41,387 bases of DNA. Origin: an uncultured Methanospirillum sp. (GTDB lineage Archaea > Halobacteriota > Methanomicrobia > Methanomicrobiales > Methanospirillaceae). Below, piece by piece: positions 1-9,703 of the stretch. The stretch covers positions 1 to 41,387 of the forward strand of contig CAZWTX010000023.1 in NCBI GenBank assembly GCA_964637135.1, in the 5' to 3' direction. Made by a program: the position numbers and the translations under genes. Position 1 is the first letter of the stretch, and each line of letters begins with the position of its first letter. The notes under the pieces are model-generated. The model saw nothing but the letters and a program-made list of their open reading frames with translations, was not told the origin of the DNA and made no database searches.

Positions 1-12
1 AGGGCAAAAATG

Positions 13-723
13 TTACGAAACATACAGTTGCCACCAGAGTTTCAGGATTGAACGCCCCATCTTCCAGATATCACTTGTTTTAACCGTTGTCCCACCACCT
101 TCAATCCAGAGTACCGGGATCTCGGTGACCCTCATCCCCATTCTCTGGGAGCGAACGAGGATTTCAGTGTCCCAGAACCAATGTGTATCCCTGACGTCAC
201 CGAGAATCGCACGGAGCGAACGGGTATTGAATGCCTTGAAACCGCACTGATGATCCCGCAGCCTGCTCCGCAGGACAAGTCGTACGAGGAGGTTGTATCC
301 CTGGCTTTTCAGTTCACGGCCAGGACTTCTGGTGATTGAACTATCCGGGAGAAGACGTGATCCGGTTGCCACATCAAAACCAGCTTCTATGGCCGAGAGG
401 AGGGGGAGGAGATATGCCATGTCCGTTGCCATATCAACGTCAAAGTAACAGAATATGTCACCCCTGGCTGCCATCGCTGCTGCGGTCAGGGCAGAACCAC
501 GTCCCATCCGGGTGTCGCGGTGCAGGTGTCTGACACGGGAATCCTTTTGTGCAATTTCTGCAGCAAATTCGGCCGAACCATCGGTACTGGCATCTTCAGC
601 GATGATCACTTCGAAATAGGGAGTGATCGGTTCCATGATCCTGAATGTCTCATCCATAGCCCTCCTAAGGGCGGAGATGTCGTTATACACCGGAATGACC
701 ACGGTGACAGATGAGGAAAGCAT
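13..723 (-). CDS. GT2 glycosyltransferase, dolichol-phosphate hexosyltransferase-like
   Basis: Motifs VVIPVYN, EDASTDGS, GRGSAL, YFDVD (DxD), GSR, DHQCGFKAF, WFWDTEIL; start overlaps the stop of the upstream oxidoreductase. Confidence 0.9.
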   Translation of the reverse strand: MLSSSVTVVIPVYNDISALRRAMDETFRIMEPITPYFEVIIAEDASTDGSAEFAAEIAQKDSRVRHLHRDTRMGRGSALTAAAMAARGDIFCYFDVDMATDMAYLLPLLSAIEAGFDVATGSRLLPDSSITRSPGRELKSQGYNLLVRLVLRSRLRDHQCGFKAFNTRSLRAILGDVRDTHWFWDTEILVRSQRMGMRVTEIPVLWIEGGGTTVKTSDIWKMGRSILKLWWQLYVS

Positions 724-1940
724 CAGATCACCCCGGTAATTACCTCGGCAATCCGGTTTGCTGCCCTGACAGAACCCTCAATGCTTCGTTCTGGGTAGTT
801 TTCCGGAGAGAACATGCCGGCGAACAACAACCCCTCATGAGCGATCTCTTTCATGCGACGGGCATACCCGGTTGTATAGAGGGGACCAGCATAGGGATCG
901 ACCGCAATCTCTGACCACCTGATCTCTTCCGGCTGAACGTTAAATTTCAGACAAAAATCACGTATCATGTCCTCTTTTAATCCCGGGGGGATGGTTCCGG
1001 TGAAATACGATGCCAGGTAGACCAGATGCTCGCTATACCAGGAATACGGGGCAAAATTGGTATGGGCGACAACTGCCCCGTAGGGAGCAGGATCATAGAG
1101 ATTTATCCAGTATATACCATTCGTCACCTCACGGGGAAGGGCAAGGGTGACACATGCAGCTCCCTGGTACAGGATATCGGGGAGATGAATGCCATATTCC
1201 TGAAGTCCTACGGGAGGAATCGTGATGATCACGAGGTCATACGGCTCACCGTTCACCTCCCAGCCTGATCCAGACCGGGAAAGGCGTTTCAAGCCGGTAT
1301 TGTACCGAATTGTACCGGATGTTGTTATCTCATCGGTTAATTTCTGTATAAACCGGTCAAATCCATGATCCAGGTACCCCAGCCGTTCACCGCCGGAACC
1401 CCGGTCTGACCGGATGGCAACCCGGCTTACGAGCCAGGCTGCCGAGATCGAATCGGAAGCCTGGCCGAATTTGGACCTGAGCAGGGGAAGGAAAAATTTC
1501 CGGTATAATTCCTCGCCCATCTCTTCGATGATGAAATCACGGGCCGTGATCAGATCAAGGCGATTCAGATCATATTTTCGTGCTTTCATCATAAACAGAC
1601 CAAGCCGGACTTTTTCCCCACAGGTCAGCCATGGGTACTTCAGGATCTCCCAGGGGGTTGTCAGCGGATATATGGACCCGTTATTGTAGGTACCGGTGGA
1701 ACCCTGCAGCCAGAGCACCGAGGAGTCAAGATCGAGATCGGAAAGGAGGGTAAGAAAGGCATGATCTCCGGAGAAAAAATGATGATAAAATCGTTCAACA
1801 GAGTACCGCTCCCTGCGGTAAGAAGAGAGAAGCCCGCCAGAGATTGACTCTTTTTCGAAGATTGTGACCGAATGTGCCCTGCAAAGGCGGTACCCTGCGA
1901 CCAGCCCGCACAATCCGCCACCGATGATCGCGATCTGCAT
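723..1940 (-). CDS. NAD(P)/FAD-dependent oxidoreductase (amine oxidase / protoporphyrinogen oxidase-like)
   Basis: N-terminal Rossmann motif IAIIGGGLCGL...TIFEK...GGL, FYHHFF, and C-terminal YPERSIEGSV. Confidence 0.85.
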   Translation of the reverse strand: MQIAIIGGGLCGLVAGYRLCRAHSVTIFEKESISGGLLSSYRRERYSVERFYHHFFSGDHAFLTLLSDLDLDSSVLWLQGSTGTYNNGSIYPLTTPWEILKYPWLTCGEKVRLGLFMMKARKYDLNRLDLITARDFIIEEMGEELYRKFFLPLLRSKFGQASDSISAAWLVSRVAIRSDRGSGGERLGYLDHGFDRFIQKLTDEITTSGTIRYNTGLKRLSRSGSGWEVNGEPYDLVIITIPPVGLQEYGIHLPDILYQGAACVTLALPREVTNGIYWINLYDPAPYGAVVAHTNFAPYSWYSEHLVYLASYFTGTIPPGLKEDMIRDFCLKFNVQPEEIRWSEIAVDPYAGPLYTTGYARRMKEIAHEGLLFAGMFSPENYPERSIEGSVRAANRIAEVITGVI

Positions 1941-2058
1941 AACGATGCTATTTCCTTAGATTATGCCTTTCTGCTTCCTGAAGAAGCTTTTTGAATCTAC
2001 AAACGTACATAATACCAAATCATTTGATCTGCGTTACGATGCGGACTGGTGTACCTTC

Positions 2059-3237
2059 ATGAAAGTATTTTTTATCGGCTTTGGTCAGGCAGGCGGAAAG
2101 ATAGTAGATAAATTTATAGAATTTGACCAACGCACCGGAGGGAACAGCTTCCGTGCGATTGCCGTCAACACCGCCCGTACTGATCTCATGGGATTGCAAC
2201 ACCTCGAATTCGAGGATCGTGTGCTTATTGGTCAGACAATGGTAAAGGGCCACGGTGTGGGAACAGATAACGACACCGGCGCCCAGATCACCTTTGACGA
2301 GATTGACATAATCATGAATGCCATCGACCGGAAAGGGGTCGGTGAGATGGAGGCATTCATCATCGTCGCCGGTCTCGGAGGAGGAACCGGATCCGGGGGA
2401 TCACCAGTTCTTGCCCGTCACCTGAAAAAAATATACAAGGATCCAGTGTATGTTCTGGGAATCCTTCCTGCTCCTGAAGAAGGGCGCCTCTATTCCTATA
2501 ATGCCGCACGTAGCCTAGCTACTCTGGTAAAGGAGGCAGATAATGTCATCCTGTTTGATAACAGTGCCTGGAAGACGGAAGGAGAAAGCATAAAAGGCGC
2601 TTTTGACCGGTTGAACGAAGAGATCGTCCGCCGGTTCGGATTATTATTCCGGGCAGGAGAGGTCGGTTCCATGGGGATCGGTGAGATGGTCGTTGATTCG
2701 AGCGAGATCATCAATACCCTCCGCGGAGGAGGTATCAGTTCGGTCGGGTATGCCATCAGTGAAGTGGCTGAGCAGCCGATGGAGAAGGAACGCGGGTTTA
2801 TTGACCGGGTGATGGGAAGGAAACCAACCGAAGAACCCCGGCCTGAGGAGAAACTACTCGGTGAAGATAAAACCACCCGCATCCTATCTTTAGTCAGGCG
2901 GGCCATGCTGGGACGACTGACCCTCCCCTGTGAATATACGACATCCAGCAGGGCTATCGTTCTGGTAGCCGGACCGCCTGAAGAACTCGACCGGAAAGGT
3001 ATCGAGAAGGCTAAAAGCTGGGTAGAGGAGAATATTGCCGGCGTGGAGGTTCGTGGCGGGGATTTCCCGGCCCAAAGCCGGTTCGTTGCCGCAGTTGTCC
3101 TCCTGGCTTCCATTGCAGATGCTCCGCGGGTTACCCATCTGCTTGAAATCGCCAAGGAAACAAAGGCAACATCCGAACGGATCGACGAAGAGAACGTGCT
3201 GAAACTTGATGACAGTATTGAGCCGCTCTTTGAGTGA
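2059..3237 (+). CDS. cetZ: CetZ tubulin/FtsZ-family protein
   Basis: MKVFFIGFGQAGGK start, tubulin signature GGGTGSG, FDN, T7 loop VVDSSEIINTL (CetZ-type DxxE), RGGDFP, C-terminal EPLF. Start moved to ATG 2059 because the conserved fold begins there. Confidence 0.9.
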   Translation: MKVFFIGFGQAGGKIVDKFIEFDQRTGGNSFRAIAVNTARTDLMGLQHLEFEDRVLIGQTMVKGHGVGTDNDTGAQITFDEIDIIMNAIDRKGVGEMEAFIIVAGLGGGTGSGGSPVLARHLKKIYKDPVYVLGILPAPEEGRLYSYNAARSLATLVKEADNVILFDNSAWKTEGESIKGAFDRLNEEIVRRFGLLFRAGEVGSMGIGEMVVDSSEIINTLRGGGISSVGYAISEVAEQPMEKERGFIDRVMGRKPTEEPRPEEKLLGEDKTTRILSLVRRAMLGRLTLPCEYTTSSRAIVLVAGPPEELDRKGIEKAKSWVEENIAGVEVRGGDFPAQSRFVAAVVLLASIADAPRVTHLLEIAKETKATSERIDEENVLKLDDSIEPLFE

Positions 3238-3245
3238 GGACTGAT

Positions 3246-4436
3246 ATGAAGCGAGGAATTCTATTAATTTCCCTGATTATTTCTTGTTGTCTGCTGATTT
3301 CTCCCGTTCTCGGGAGTGCTGATGTCGGAAACGTCGTGGTCAAACCTTCCGGAGACCTGGAGGGGGGTAAGTCAAATGTCTCCGCTGATTTCCAGATAGA
3401 TTTCACGGCAGTCGGGGGCGAAACGATTCCGATGGACGAGAATATTCTCCTGACGACCGATCTTGATAATCCGGTCTGGTCATACTCGATCGTGCTTGAT
3501 GGTGTGGAGAATGCAAGACCCTCATCCAGTAAGAAATCACTGGAACTCACCGGGTGGGAACTCTCGTACAAGGATGTGGAAGAGAGCGTCAAGGTTGCCC
3601 TGAAAGGCACTGCACCGAAAACCGATAAATCAAAGGAGATCCAGGTTGTCGGGGTTGCCGTCACCAGTGGCAACGGCCGGGTCAAGGATGCAGTAAAGAA
3701 CGTTACTGCTTTTGTTACTAATCCCGGGGAGTTGAAAACCGAGATCTCATCAGCTGATTCTGGTGTTGATAAACTCAAATCAGAGATTGCAAAATTTAAA
3801 AAAGACGGGATAGACACCTCTAAAGCAGAGAAAAAACTCCAGGAAGCAACAGATTCTCTGAAAAAGGCAGAATCAGCATCATACTCGAATGCACAGGTCT
3901 ATATCAAGAATGCTGATACCTTCATCCAGGATGCATACGGGTTCCTCGACATGGGAGTCGCCCAGAAATCCATCAATGATGCAAAAGAAGCAATTGATCG
4001 GAGCGATGAATGGATTACCTACTTCAGGGATGAGAAGAACCTCGCTTCGGATCCCCGCCTGGCACCCATCATCACGAAGAGAGAATTTGCCTCGGAAGAT
4101 ATCTCTGATGCAAAAGAACTCTTCGATGCGGGAAAATACTCAGAAGCACGTTCAAAGGCAGAAGAGGCCTTAAACAAGGCCACCGAAGTGTTTGATGCAA
4201 CACAGGATCTCCAGACAAAGATTGAATCGCAACCTGCCGGGATTGATCTCTCTGGTATCGGTGGAATCCTGATATACGTGGTCATTGCGATCATCCTGAT
4301 CATTATCGTCGGTTTCGTACTGTTGTTCATCAGGAACCGTGGAGGAAAGGGTGGATCGGGTGGTGGCGGCAGCTTTGGATCAAAACAGAAAGTAAAACCG
4401 AAGAAAAAGATTCATCAGTACGACGAACTTTTCTAA
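3246..4436 (+). CDS. Secreted single-pass membrane protein: signal peptide, beta-rich domain, helical/coiled-coil stalk, C-terminal TM helix, Gly/Lys-rich tail
   Basis: MKRGILLISL... signal peptide; A/E/K-rich helical middle; TM segment ILIYVVIAIILIIIVGFVLLFI; directly follows cetZ; followed by a T-run. Confidence 0.8.
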   Translation: MKRGILLISLIISCCLLISPVLGSADVGNVVVKPSGDLEGGKSNVSADFQIDFTAVGGETIPMDENILLTTDLDNPVWSYSIVLDGVENARPSSSKKSLELTGWELSYKDVEESVKVALKGTAPKTDKSKEIQVVGVAVTSGNGRVKDAVKNVTAFVTNPGELKTEISSADSGVDKLKSEIAKFKKDGIDTSKAEKKLQEATDSLKKAESASYSNAQVYIKNADTFIQDAYGFLDMGVAQKSINDAKEAIDRSDEWITYFRDEKNLASDPRLAPIITKREFASEDISDAKELFDAGKYSEARSKAEEALNKATEVFDATQDLQTKIESQPAGIDLSGIGGILIYVVIAIILIIIVGFVLLFIRNRGGKGGSGGGGSFGSKQKVKPKKKIHQYDELF

Positions 4437-4444
4437 TTTTTTTT
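4437..4444 (+). terminator. Oligo-T archaeal terminator candidate
   Basis: T8 run immediately after the stop codon at 4436. Confidence 0.45.
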
Positions 4445-4638
4445 CCCGGCCCGTTGTTGCCGGTACCTGCTGCCGGTCTCGTTTCAAACCTGGATTCAGG
4501 ATCCTGTGCCAGATACCCGAATACAGAGGAATCCGAATACGGTTCTTCATCAGTATCCGATATCTGTCACTGCCTTGCATACCATTTTATGCATGGAAAA
4601 AAACTCCCTTATCCGGACCAACCGGAGGTGTGGAGATC

Positions 4639-4770
4639 GTGTCAGAGGATGAAAGGCTCGTAGAGATCCGTAGGAAAATCCTTGAAAATGCAATTCGAGA
4701 TTACGAGGAACGGATAATGTTCCTCAGGCAGGAGATGAACGGGAATGAGGAATTCAGGAGTTTTTTCTGA
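4639..4770 (+). CDS. 43-aa coiled-coil microprotein, not in the ORF track
   Basis: GTG at 4639 preceded by GGAGGTG (4624-4630); translation MSEDERLVEIRRKILENAIRDYEERIMFLRQEMNGNEEFRSFF; TGA at 4768-4770. Confidence 0.6.
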   Translation: MSEDERLVEIRRKILENAIRDYEERIMFLRQEMNGNEEFRSFF

Positions 4771-4788
4771 ATCCCAATATGATCCCTG

Positions 4789-6384
4789 TTATGACTGCCG
4801 GATGCCAGTCAGGTTTTCCAGTCCGGGGGTTATAAACAGATCAAGGTTCACACTACCTGTTTTTCCATCCCTCAGCAGATACCATTCCAAAATCCGGTTC
4901 TGGTTATCAAACCAGGAAAACCAGTAACTCAACTTGTATGTCTGCTTCTCATATCCCTCAAGATGATCATAACTGCTGGAATCGTGAAGCATGACGAGAT
5001 CAGGTTCTTTTTCCCGGAACGTTGAAGGATCGACTTTTCCGCCGTAAAAACTGATCTTTTTCCACTGTTCTCCACGGTAATACCAGGGAAGCGGCCAGTA
5101 TGATTCAGATGCAACCACGACATGATCAGAGGCATCAATAAGAGCCATTATTGTCCTGAGATCTTCTGAATTCTGTACCTGAACAATCGGTTCATTAATG
5201 TCCCCCGGGGTAAAGCAGACATGGATCATCATGATCACGAGGAACAGACCGGTAAAAAGACCGGCAATTACCTTTTTTCCATCCATCCGGTAAGTGGCTA
5301 ACAGGATGAGCGGGGGAAGCTGATGGATAATGAGCCAGGGGACCTTCTCACCGATATATCCATAAAAGCAAAGGCTCAGGAAGGCCCACCAGATGGCAAA
5401 CATCATCAGGATTTCATTACGCCAGGAAGGGTGAGTGACCCCGGTCTCCAGGGTTGTTCGGTCAGAATCCGGCCTGAAAAGGGTTCGAATCTGTGAAAAC
5501 CCGCGGTCACGGATTCCCCACTGGAATACATTATAGAGGGCTAGGACTACAAGGGGAATCTCATAGAGCCCAAGGATAAGGAGATACCAGTATGGAGGGC
5601 CACACAGCCGGCATTCGTCGTGCATCGCGGTCCAGTGTGCGATAGCCTTGAATGGTGCTTCGAAAAACATCTCCGGATGCGTCCAGAGCGATGAGTAGAG
5701 GGTAAATCCGATCGCAGCACCGATGAGAAGAACGGCAGCCAGATCACGAATCCAGGTAACCGGCAGCCTGATCCGCCTGGAAAAAAGAAGAACCAGAAAG
5801 AATGAGCCGAAAATGAAGAGGGTAAAGGGCATATCCTCTTTCAGGCAGAGCCCGCAGGCAGCAGCAACACCAGCAAGAGCTGCATACCGAAACCGCCCGT
5901 ACTTCAAATACGCCAGAACCGCAAAGACCAGGAGCACGGTGAAGAAGAGCTGGAAGATGTCATGCCTGAGAAACCGGGAGAAATACACCAGATCAGGGGA
6001 GATAGCAACGAAGAAAACAGCCCAAATGGCGTGGTTTCGATCAAGCCATCCAAGCCGGTAGATACCATATATCAACGGAATGATACAGGCCCCAAACACA
6101 CCAGGGAGAAGCCGGACCACCAGATCCGAATCTCCAAATAGGGAAAACGCAGCACCGGTCAGGTAATACAGAAGCGGCCCATGGTACATCGGATCGTAGA
6201 GATAGGTTCCCTTCGTGATCAGTTCATACGAAAACCAGGCATGGATTGCCTCGTCATGGTGAAGAAGTTTGAAAGTAGGAACCACTATCCGCAGGAAAAG
6301 ACCGAGCCCAAAGACCAGGAGGAAAAGAAGATCATACCTGCTGGATATCCTTTTCATCAGAGACTGACAACGCTCGCAGATCAT
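4789..6384 (-). CDS. TIGR03663 / Agl23-like multi-pass GT-C (PMT-like) glycosylation membrane protein
   Basis: HHDEAIHA, YDPMYHGP, YFSRFLR, KED, EKVPWL and WPLPWY motifs; many TM helices. Confidence 0.85.
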   Translation of the reverse strand: MICERCQSLMKRISSRYDLLFLLVFGLGLFLRIVVPTFKLLHHDEAIHAWFSYELITKGTYLYDPMYHGPLLYYLTGAAFSLFGDSDLVVRLLPGVFGACIIPLIYGIYRLGWLDRNHAIWAVFFVAISPDLVYFSRFLRHDIFQLFFTVLLVFAVLAYLKYGRFRYAALAGVAAACGLCLKEDMPFTLFIFGSFFLVLLFSRRIRLPVTWIRDLAAVLLIGAAIGFTLYSSLWTHPEMFFEAPFKAIAHWTAMHDECRLCGPPYWYLLILGLYEIPLVVLALYNVFQWGIRDRGFSQIRTLFRPDSDRTTLETGVTHPSWRNEILMMFAIWWAFLSLCFYGYIGEKVPWLIIHQLPPLILLATYRMDGKKVIAGLFTGLFLVIMMIHVCFTPGDINEPIVQVQNSEDLRTIMALIDASDHVVVASESYWPLPWYYRGEQWKKISFYGGKVDPSTFREKEPDLVMLHDSSSYDHLEGYEKQTYKLSYWFSWFDNQNRILEWYLLRDGKTGSVNLDLFITPGLENLTGIRQS

Positions 6385-6694
6385 ACTATTCAGATTACCC
6401 AGTAGGTAGGGTTTGATAGAATATCAAGAGGACAGATTTCCGGATTGTACCGGCTCTCTGGACCAGACAGCCTGCTGTTCGTTACCCTCCGGTTGATGGA
6501 CTCTAATAACAGAAACCTGATTTTCACCTTACATGGTGTAGAGAGAATCATGTACCAATGCAAAGGGAATTATTAGCGAAATGATTACCCGGGTGTTACA
6601 GAAACATAAACCCGGTTTCAGGTTGACACAAACCATCATGGAAGAAGTGTGATAGGAGGGCGGATTACCCTGAAAGTGAATCCAGCGCCAACAT

Positions 6695-6721
6695 AAAAAG
6701 AAAGAGCCTCCTTATGGAGGC
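6695..6721 (-). terminator. Hairpin plus T-rich tract downstream of rpsJ
   Basis: GCCTCC-ttat-GGAGGC at 6706-6721, followed on the minus strand by TCTTTCTTTTT. Confidence 0.55.
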
Positions 6722-6775
6722 ATGGCGATAGATATTGGAATATGTGCGGCAATTTCGTCCGCCGCCACCACCTGT

Positions 6776-7084
6776 TCAGCTCTCGAGAACGATCTCGATA
6801 CCAATATCTTTTGGTACCTGGGTTCTCATGAGTTGACGGAGCGCACGCTCATCGGCATCAATGTCAATGAGGCGCTTATGAACCCGCATCTGCCAGCGGT
6901 CCCAGGTTGCAGTTCCTTCCCCGTCAGGACTCTTCCGGATAGGAACAACCAGCTTCCTTGTCGGGAGCGGAATGGGGCCGGCCAGGTTAACACCTGTGCG
7001 TTCGGCAATCTCTCTAATCTTGTCACAGACCTCTTCGACCTTCTGATAGTCGGTGCCAGTCAGGCGGATTCTTGCTTTTTGCAT
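6776..7084 (-). CDS. rpsJ: 30S ribosomal protein S10 (uS10)
   Basis: [33 protein letters not shown]: archaeal-type S10. Confidence 0.98.
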   Translation of the reverse strand: MQKARIRLTGTDYQKVEEVCDKIREIAERTGVNLAGPIPLPTRKLVVPIRKSPDGEGTATWDRWQMRVHKRLIDIDADERALRQLMRTQVPKDIGIEIVLES

Positions 7085-7105
7085 AGTAACACCAAAAAAA
7101 GGGGG

Positions 7106-8383
7106 TTACCGCATCTGCTTTTTGGTCACGTCAACACACATGCCTGCGGCAATGGTCTGGCCCATATCACGGATTGCAAACCGGCCGAGCTGCGGGAACT
7201 CCTTGGCACTCTCGACACACATCGGTTTGGTCGGGACGCACTTGATGATTGCAGCATCGCCGGCCTTCAGGAAGGTCGGGTTCTCCTCAAGGGTCTGACC
7301 GGTTCTCGGGTCAAGTTTCTTGACGAGTTCGGTGAACGTGCATGCAGTCTGTGCAGTGTGGCAGTGGAAGACCGGGGTGTACCCGATTGTTATGGCACTC
7401 GGGTGCTGGAGCACGACGATCTGGGCAGAGAAGTCATCTGCAACTGCCGGCGGATTGTCAGCTGAACCACAGACATCACCGCGACGGACATCGTCCTTTC
7501 CGATTCCACGGACGTTGAATCCGATGTTGTCACCAGGAACAGCCTCAGGGATTTCCTCGTGGTGCATCTCGATAGACTTGCATTCACCGGTCTTGTTGGC
7601 CGGCATGAAGGTAACGTTCATTCCTTTCTTGAGAATGCCGGTCTCAACACGGCCGACCGGAACGGTTCCGATACCAGAGATGGAGTATGCATCCTGGATC
7701 GGGATACGGAGTGCCTTGTCAGTCGGCTTGTCGGGAACCTCGAGCTCGTCGAGGAGAGCAAAGAGCGGCTTGCCCTTGTACCAGGGAGTCTTGTCGCTGT
7801 TCTTGGTGATGTTGTCACCCTCGAACGCACTGAACGGAACGAACTTAACGGTGTCAGGGTTGGTACCGACCATCTTGAGGAGGTTGCCCATGTCAGCCTT
7901 GACCTGGTTAAAACGGGCCTCATCATAGTTGACCGCGTCCATCTTGTTGACACCGATGATGATCTGCTTGATACCGAGGGTCTTGGAGAGGAAGACGTGC
8001 TCCTTGGTCTGCTCCATGATTCCGTCAGGTGCTGCAACAATGATAATGGCTGCATCTGCCTGGGAAGCACCGGTGATCATGTTCTTGACGAAATCCCTGT
8101 GTCCGGGACAGTCCACGACAGTGAAGTAGTACTTTGGCGTGTCGAACCGCTTGTGGGCGATATCGATGGTGATACCACGCTCACGCTCTTCCTTCAGGTT
8201 ATCCATGACCCATGCAAATGCAAAGGATCCCTTACCCTTGGATTCTGCTTCCTTCTTGTACTGTTCGATGATGTGAGCAGGGACTGCTCCGGCTTCATAC
8301 ATCAGACGGCCGACGGTAGTCGACTTCCCATGGTCAATATGTCCAATGACCGCGAGGTTAATGTGGGGCTTCTCAGCTGCCAT
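7106..8383 (-). CDS. tuf: Translation elongation factor EF-1 alpha
   Basis: [43 protein letters not shown] ribosome-binding motifs upstream. Confidence 0.99.
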   Translation of the reverse strand: MAAEKPHINLAVIGHIDHGKSTTVGRLMYEAGAVPAHIIEQYKKEAESKGKGSFAFAWVMDNLKEERERGITIDIAHKRFDTPKYYFTVVDCPGHRDFVKNMITGASQADAAIIIVAAPDGIMEQTKEHVFLSKTLGIKQIIIGVNKMDAVNYDEARFNQVKADMGNLLKMVGTNPDTVKFVPFSAFEGDNITKNSDKTPWYKGKPLFALLDELEVPDKPTDKALRIPIQDAYSISGIGTVPVGRVETGILKKGMNVTFMPANKTGECKSIEMHHEEIPEAVPGDNIGFNVRGIGKDDVRRGDVCGSADNPPAVADDFSAQIVVLQHPSAITIGYTPVFHCHTAQTACTFTELVKKLDPRTGQTLEENPTFLKAGDAAIIKCVPTKPMCVESAKEFPQLGRFAIRDMGQTIAAGMCVDVTKKQMR

Positions 8384-8580
8384 AAATAATATTCCTCCAA
8401 TACCTCCGCAATTGCTCAGATCTGCCTTACACAGTCCAATTATGCGAGTATATCATATTTGATAGATAGCCTTTTAATAGTTTTCATAATCAATTATCCC
8501 TCCCGTCTGGCGTGTTTTTTCCAATGCGGTCCGGAGATCGAACAACTAAATACCGATACCGGAAATAGATCTGAACAGAC

Positions 8581-8889
8581 ATGAGATCTCTTCCGATCAT
8601 CAAAGAATCCGGTACAGACAAGGCATACGTCGAATGCGCCTCGGGCCGTCTTCCCGTCCATACCCGGTGTTCATATTGCCTTCATTGCAAAGGAATTCTG
8701 GTTGGAGCGCGGATAATGCCATCTCCGTATGAGCAGGCATCATCCCAGATACGAACAACCGGTGCTCCCCCTGAAGTTCTCATGGAGGCCGCTATGCATT
8801 TCAATTCCCTGGTCCGCGATGGTACAGCAGTCTCGTGTGATGATGAAAACGGAGAGGGATATTCTCCCAGATTCAGATCCCGTCTCTGA
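8581..8889 (+). CDS. Small Cys-rich hypothetical protein
   Basis: Fills the gap between tuf and cobS; contains C...CSYCLHC...C; protein-like composition. Confidence 0.65.
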   Translation: MRSLPIIKESGTDKAYVECASGRLPVHTRCSYCLHCKGILVGARIMPSPYEQASSQIRTTGAPPEVLMEAAMHFNSLVRDGTAVSCDDENGEGYSPRFRSRL

Positions 8890-8900
8890 TTCCGGCAGGT

Positions 8901-9620
8901 TCAGATCGCGCAGACCATGGCAGCAAGCATGGCTGCACGGGTTATCTCACCCGAAGCCCCGACAAGATCCCCGTTCAGCCCGCCAAATAACCGGTATGCA
9001 CCAGCCAGAAGGACAAGGGGGGTAATCACCATGAGAGCAATGGCAGCAATCCGCCCGGCCTCAGGAATGGGAAGCAGGAACACCGGGATGAGGAATACTC
9101 CTGAAATTACGGGGAACCACGGCCTCGCTCCGGCATGAAGGGTTGCATGCAGACCATCGTGGAACGGCCTGCCAACAGCGGTCAGGAGAGACATTGTCCA
9201 TTTTCCTCCGACTTCAGCGAACAGGAGAGCCAGGGCTGCCTGCGGGATCGCACTCAGGGCAGAAACCGACAGGAGCAAGATGAATCCCCCGAGGGCAATC
9301 CCACCTGTTCCGATGGAACGATCACAGAGAGCATGAATCCGCTTCTCCTTCGAACCATGAGCCATCAGTCCGTCTCCAAGATCGAATAATCCGTCAAGAT
9401 GGTTGCATCCTCCCATCAGGAGAACCACCCCGAGAGCCATCACGGCAGAGACTAGGGGAGGGGCAGGGAACAGGGCCAGGAATACCGCACCACACCCCCC
9501 GGTTACATACCCGGCAACCGGATACAGCCAGGTCCGGCGTGCAAACGCCTCAAATGGGACGGTTTTCCCGAGCGGCAGGATCGTGGTAAACTGGAGGAGG
9601 GCGATGATGGAAGAGATCAT
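8901..9620 (-). CDS. cobS: Adenosylcobinamide-GDP ribazoletransferase (cobalamin synthase)
   Basis: LQFTTILP, GCNHLDGLFDLGDG, FGGLNGDLVGASGE; hydrophobic. Start ATG 9620 preferred over 9677. Confidence 0.93.
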   Translation of the reverse strand: MISSIIALLQFTTILPLGKTVPFEAFARRTWLYPVAGYVTGGCGAVFLALFPAPPLVSAVMALGVVLLMGGCNHLDGLFDLGDGLMAHGSKEKRIHALCDRSIGTGGIALGGFILLLSVSALSAIPQAALALLFAEVGGKWTMSLLTAVGRPFHDGLHATLHAGARPWFPVISGVFLIPVFLLPIPEAGRIAAIALMVITPLVLLAGAYRLFGGLNGDLVGASGEITRAAMLAAMVCAI

Positions 9621-9703
9621 CCGTATGTACCTGTTGGAGATGTGCCGGTTTATCATCTCTGATAACAGCAGGTTCATGGCAGCCAGCGGGAAACCTGAGT
9701 ATC

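Noticed and set aside
1963..2058. 32-aa N-terminal extension of CetZ
   Set aside because: It overlaps the AT-rich divergent promoter region, and the conserved fold starts at ATG 2059.
6385..6775. Possible tRNA downstream of rpsJ
   Set aside because: No cloverleaf or T-loop consensus seen.
6722..8389. Long plus-strand ORFs (247, 202 and 276 aa) opposite rpsJ and tuf
   Set aside because: Antisense shadows caused by strong codon bias in highly expressed genes; no protein motifs.
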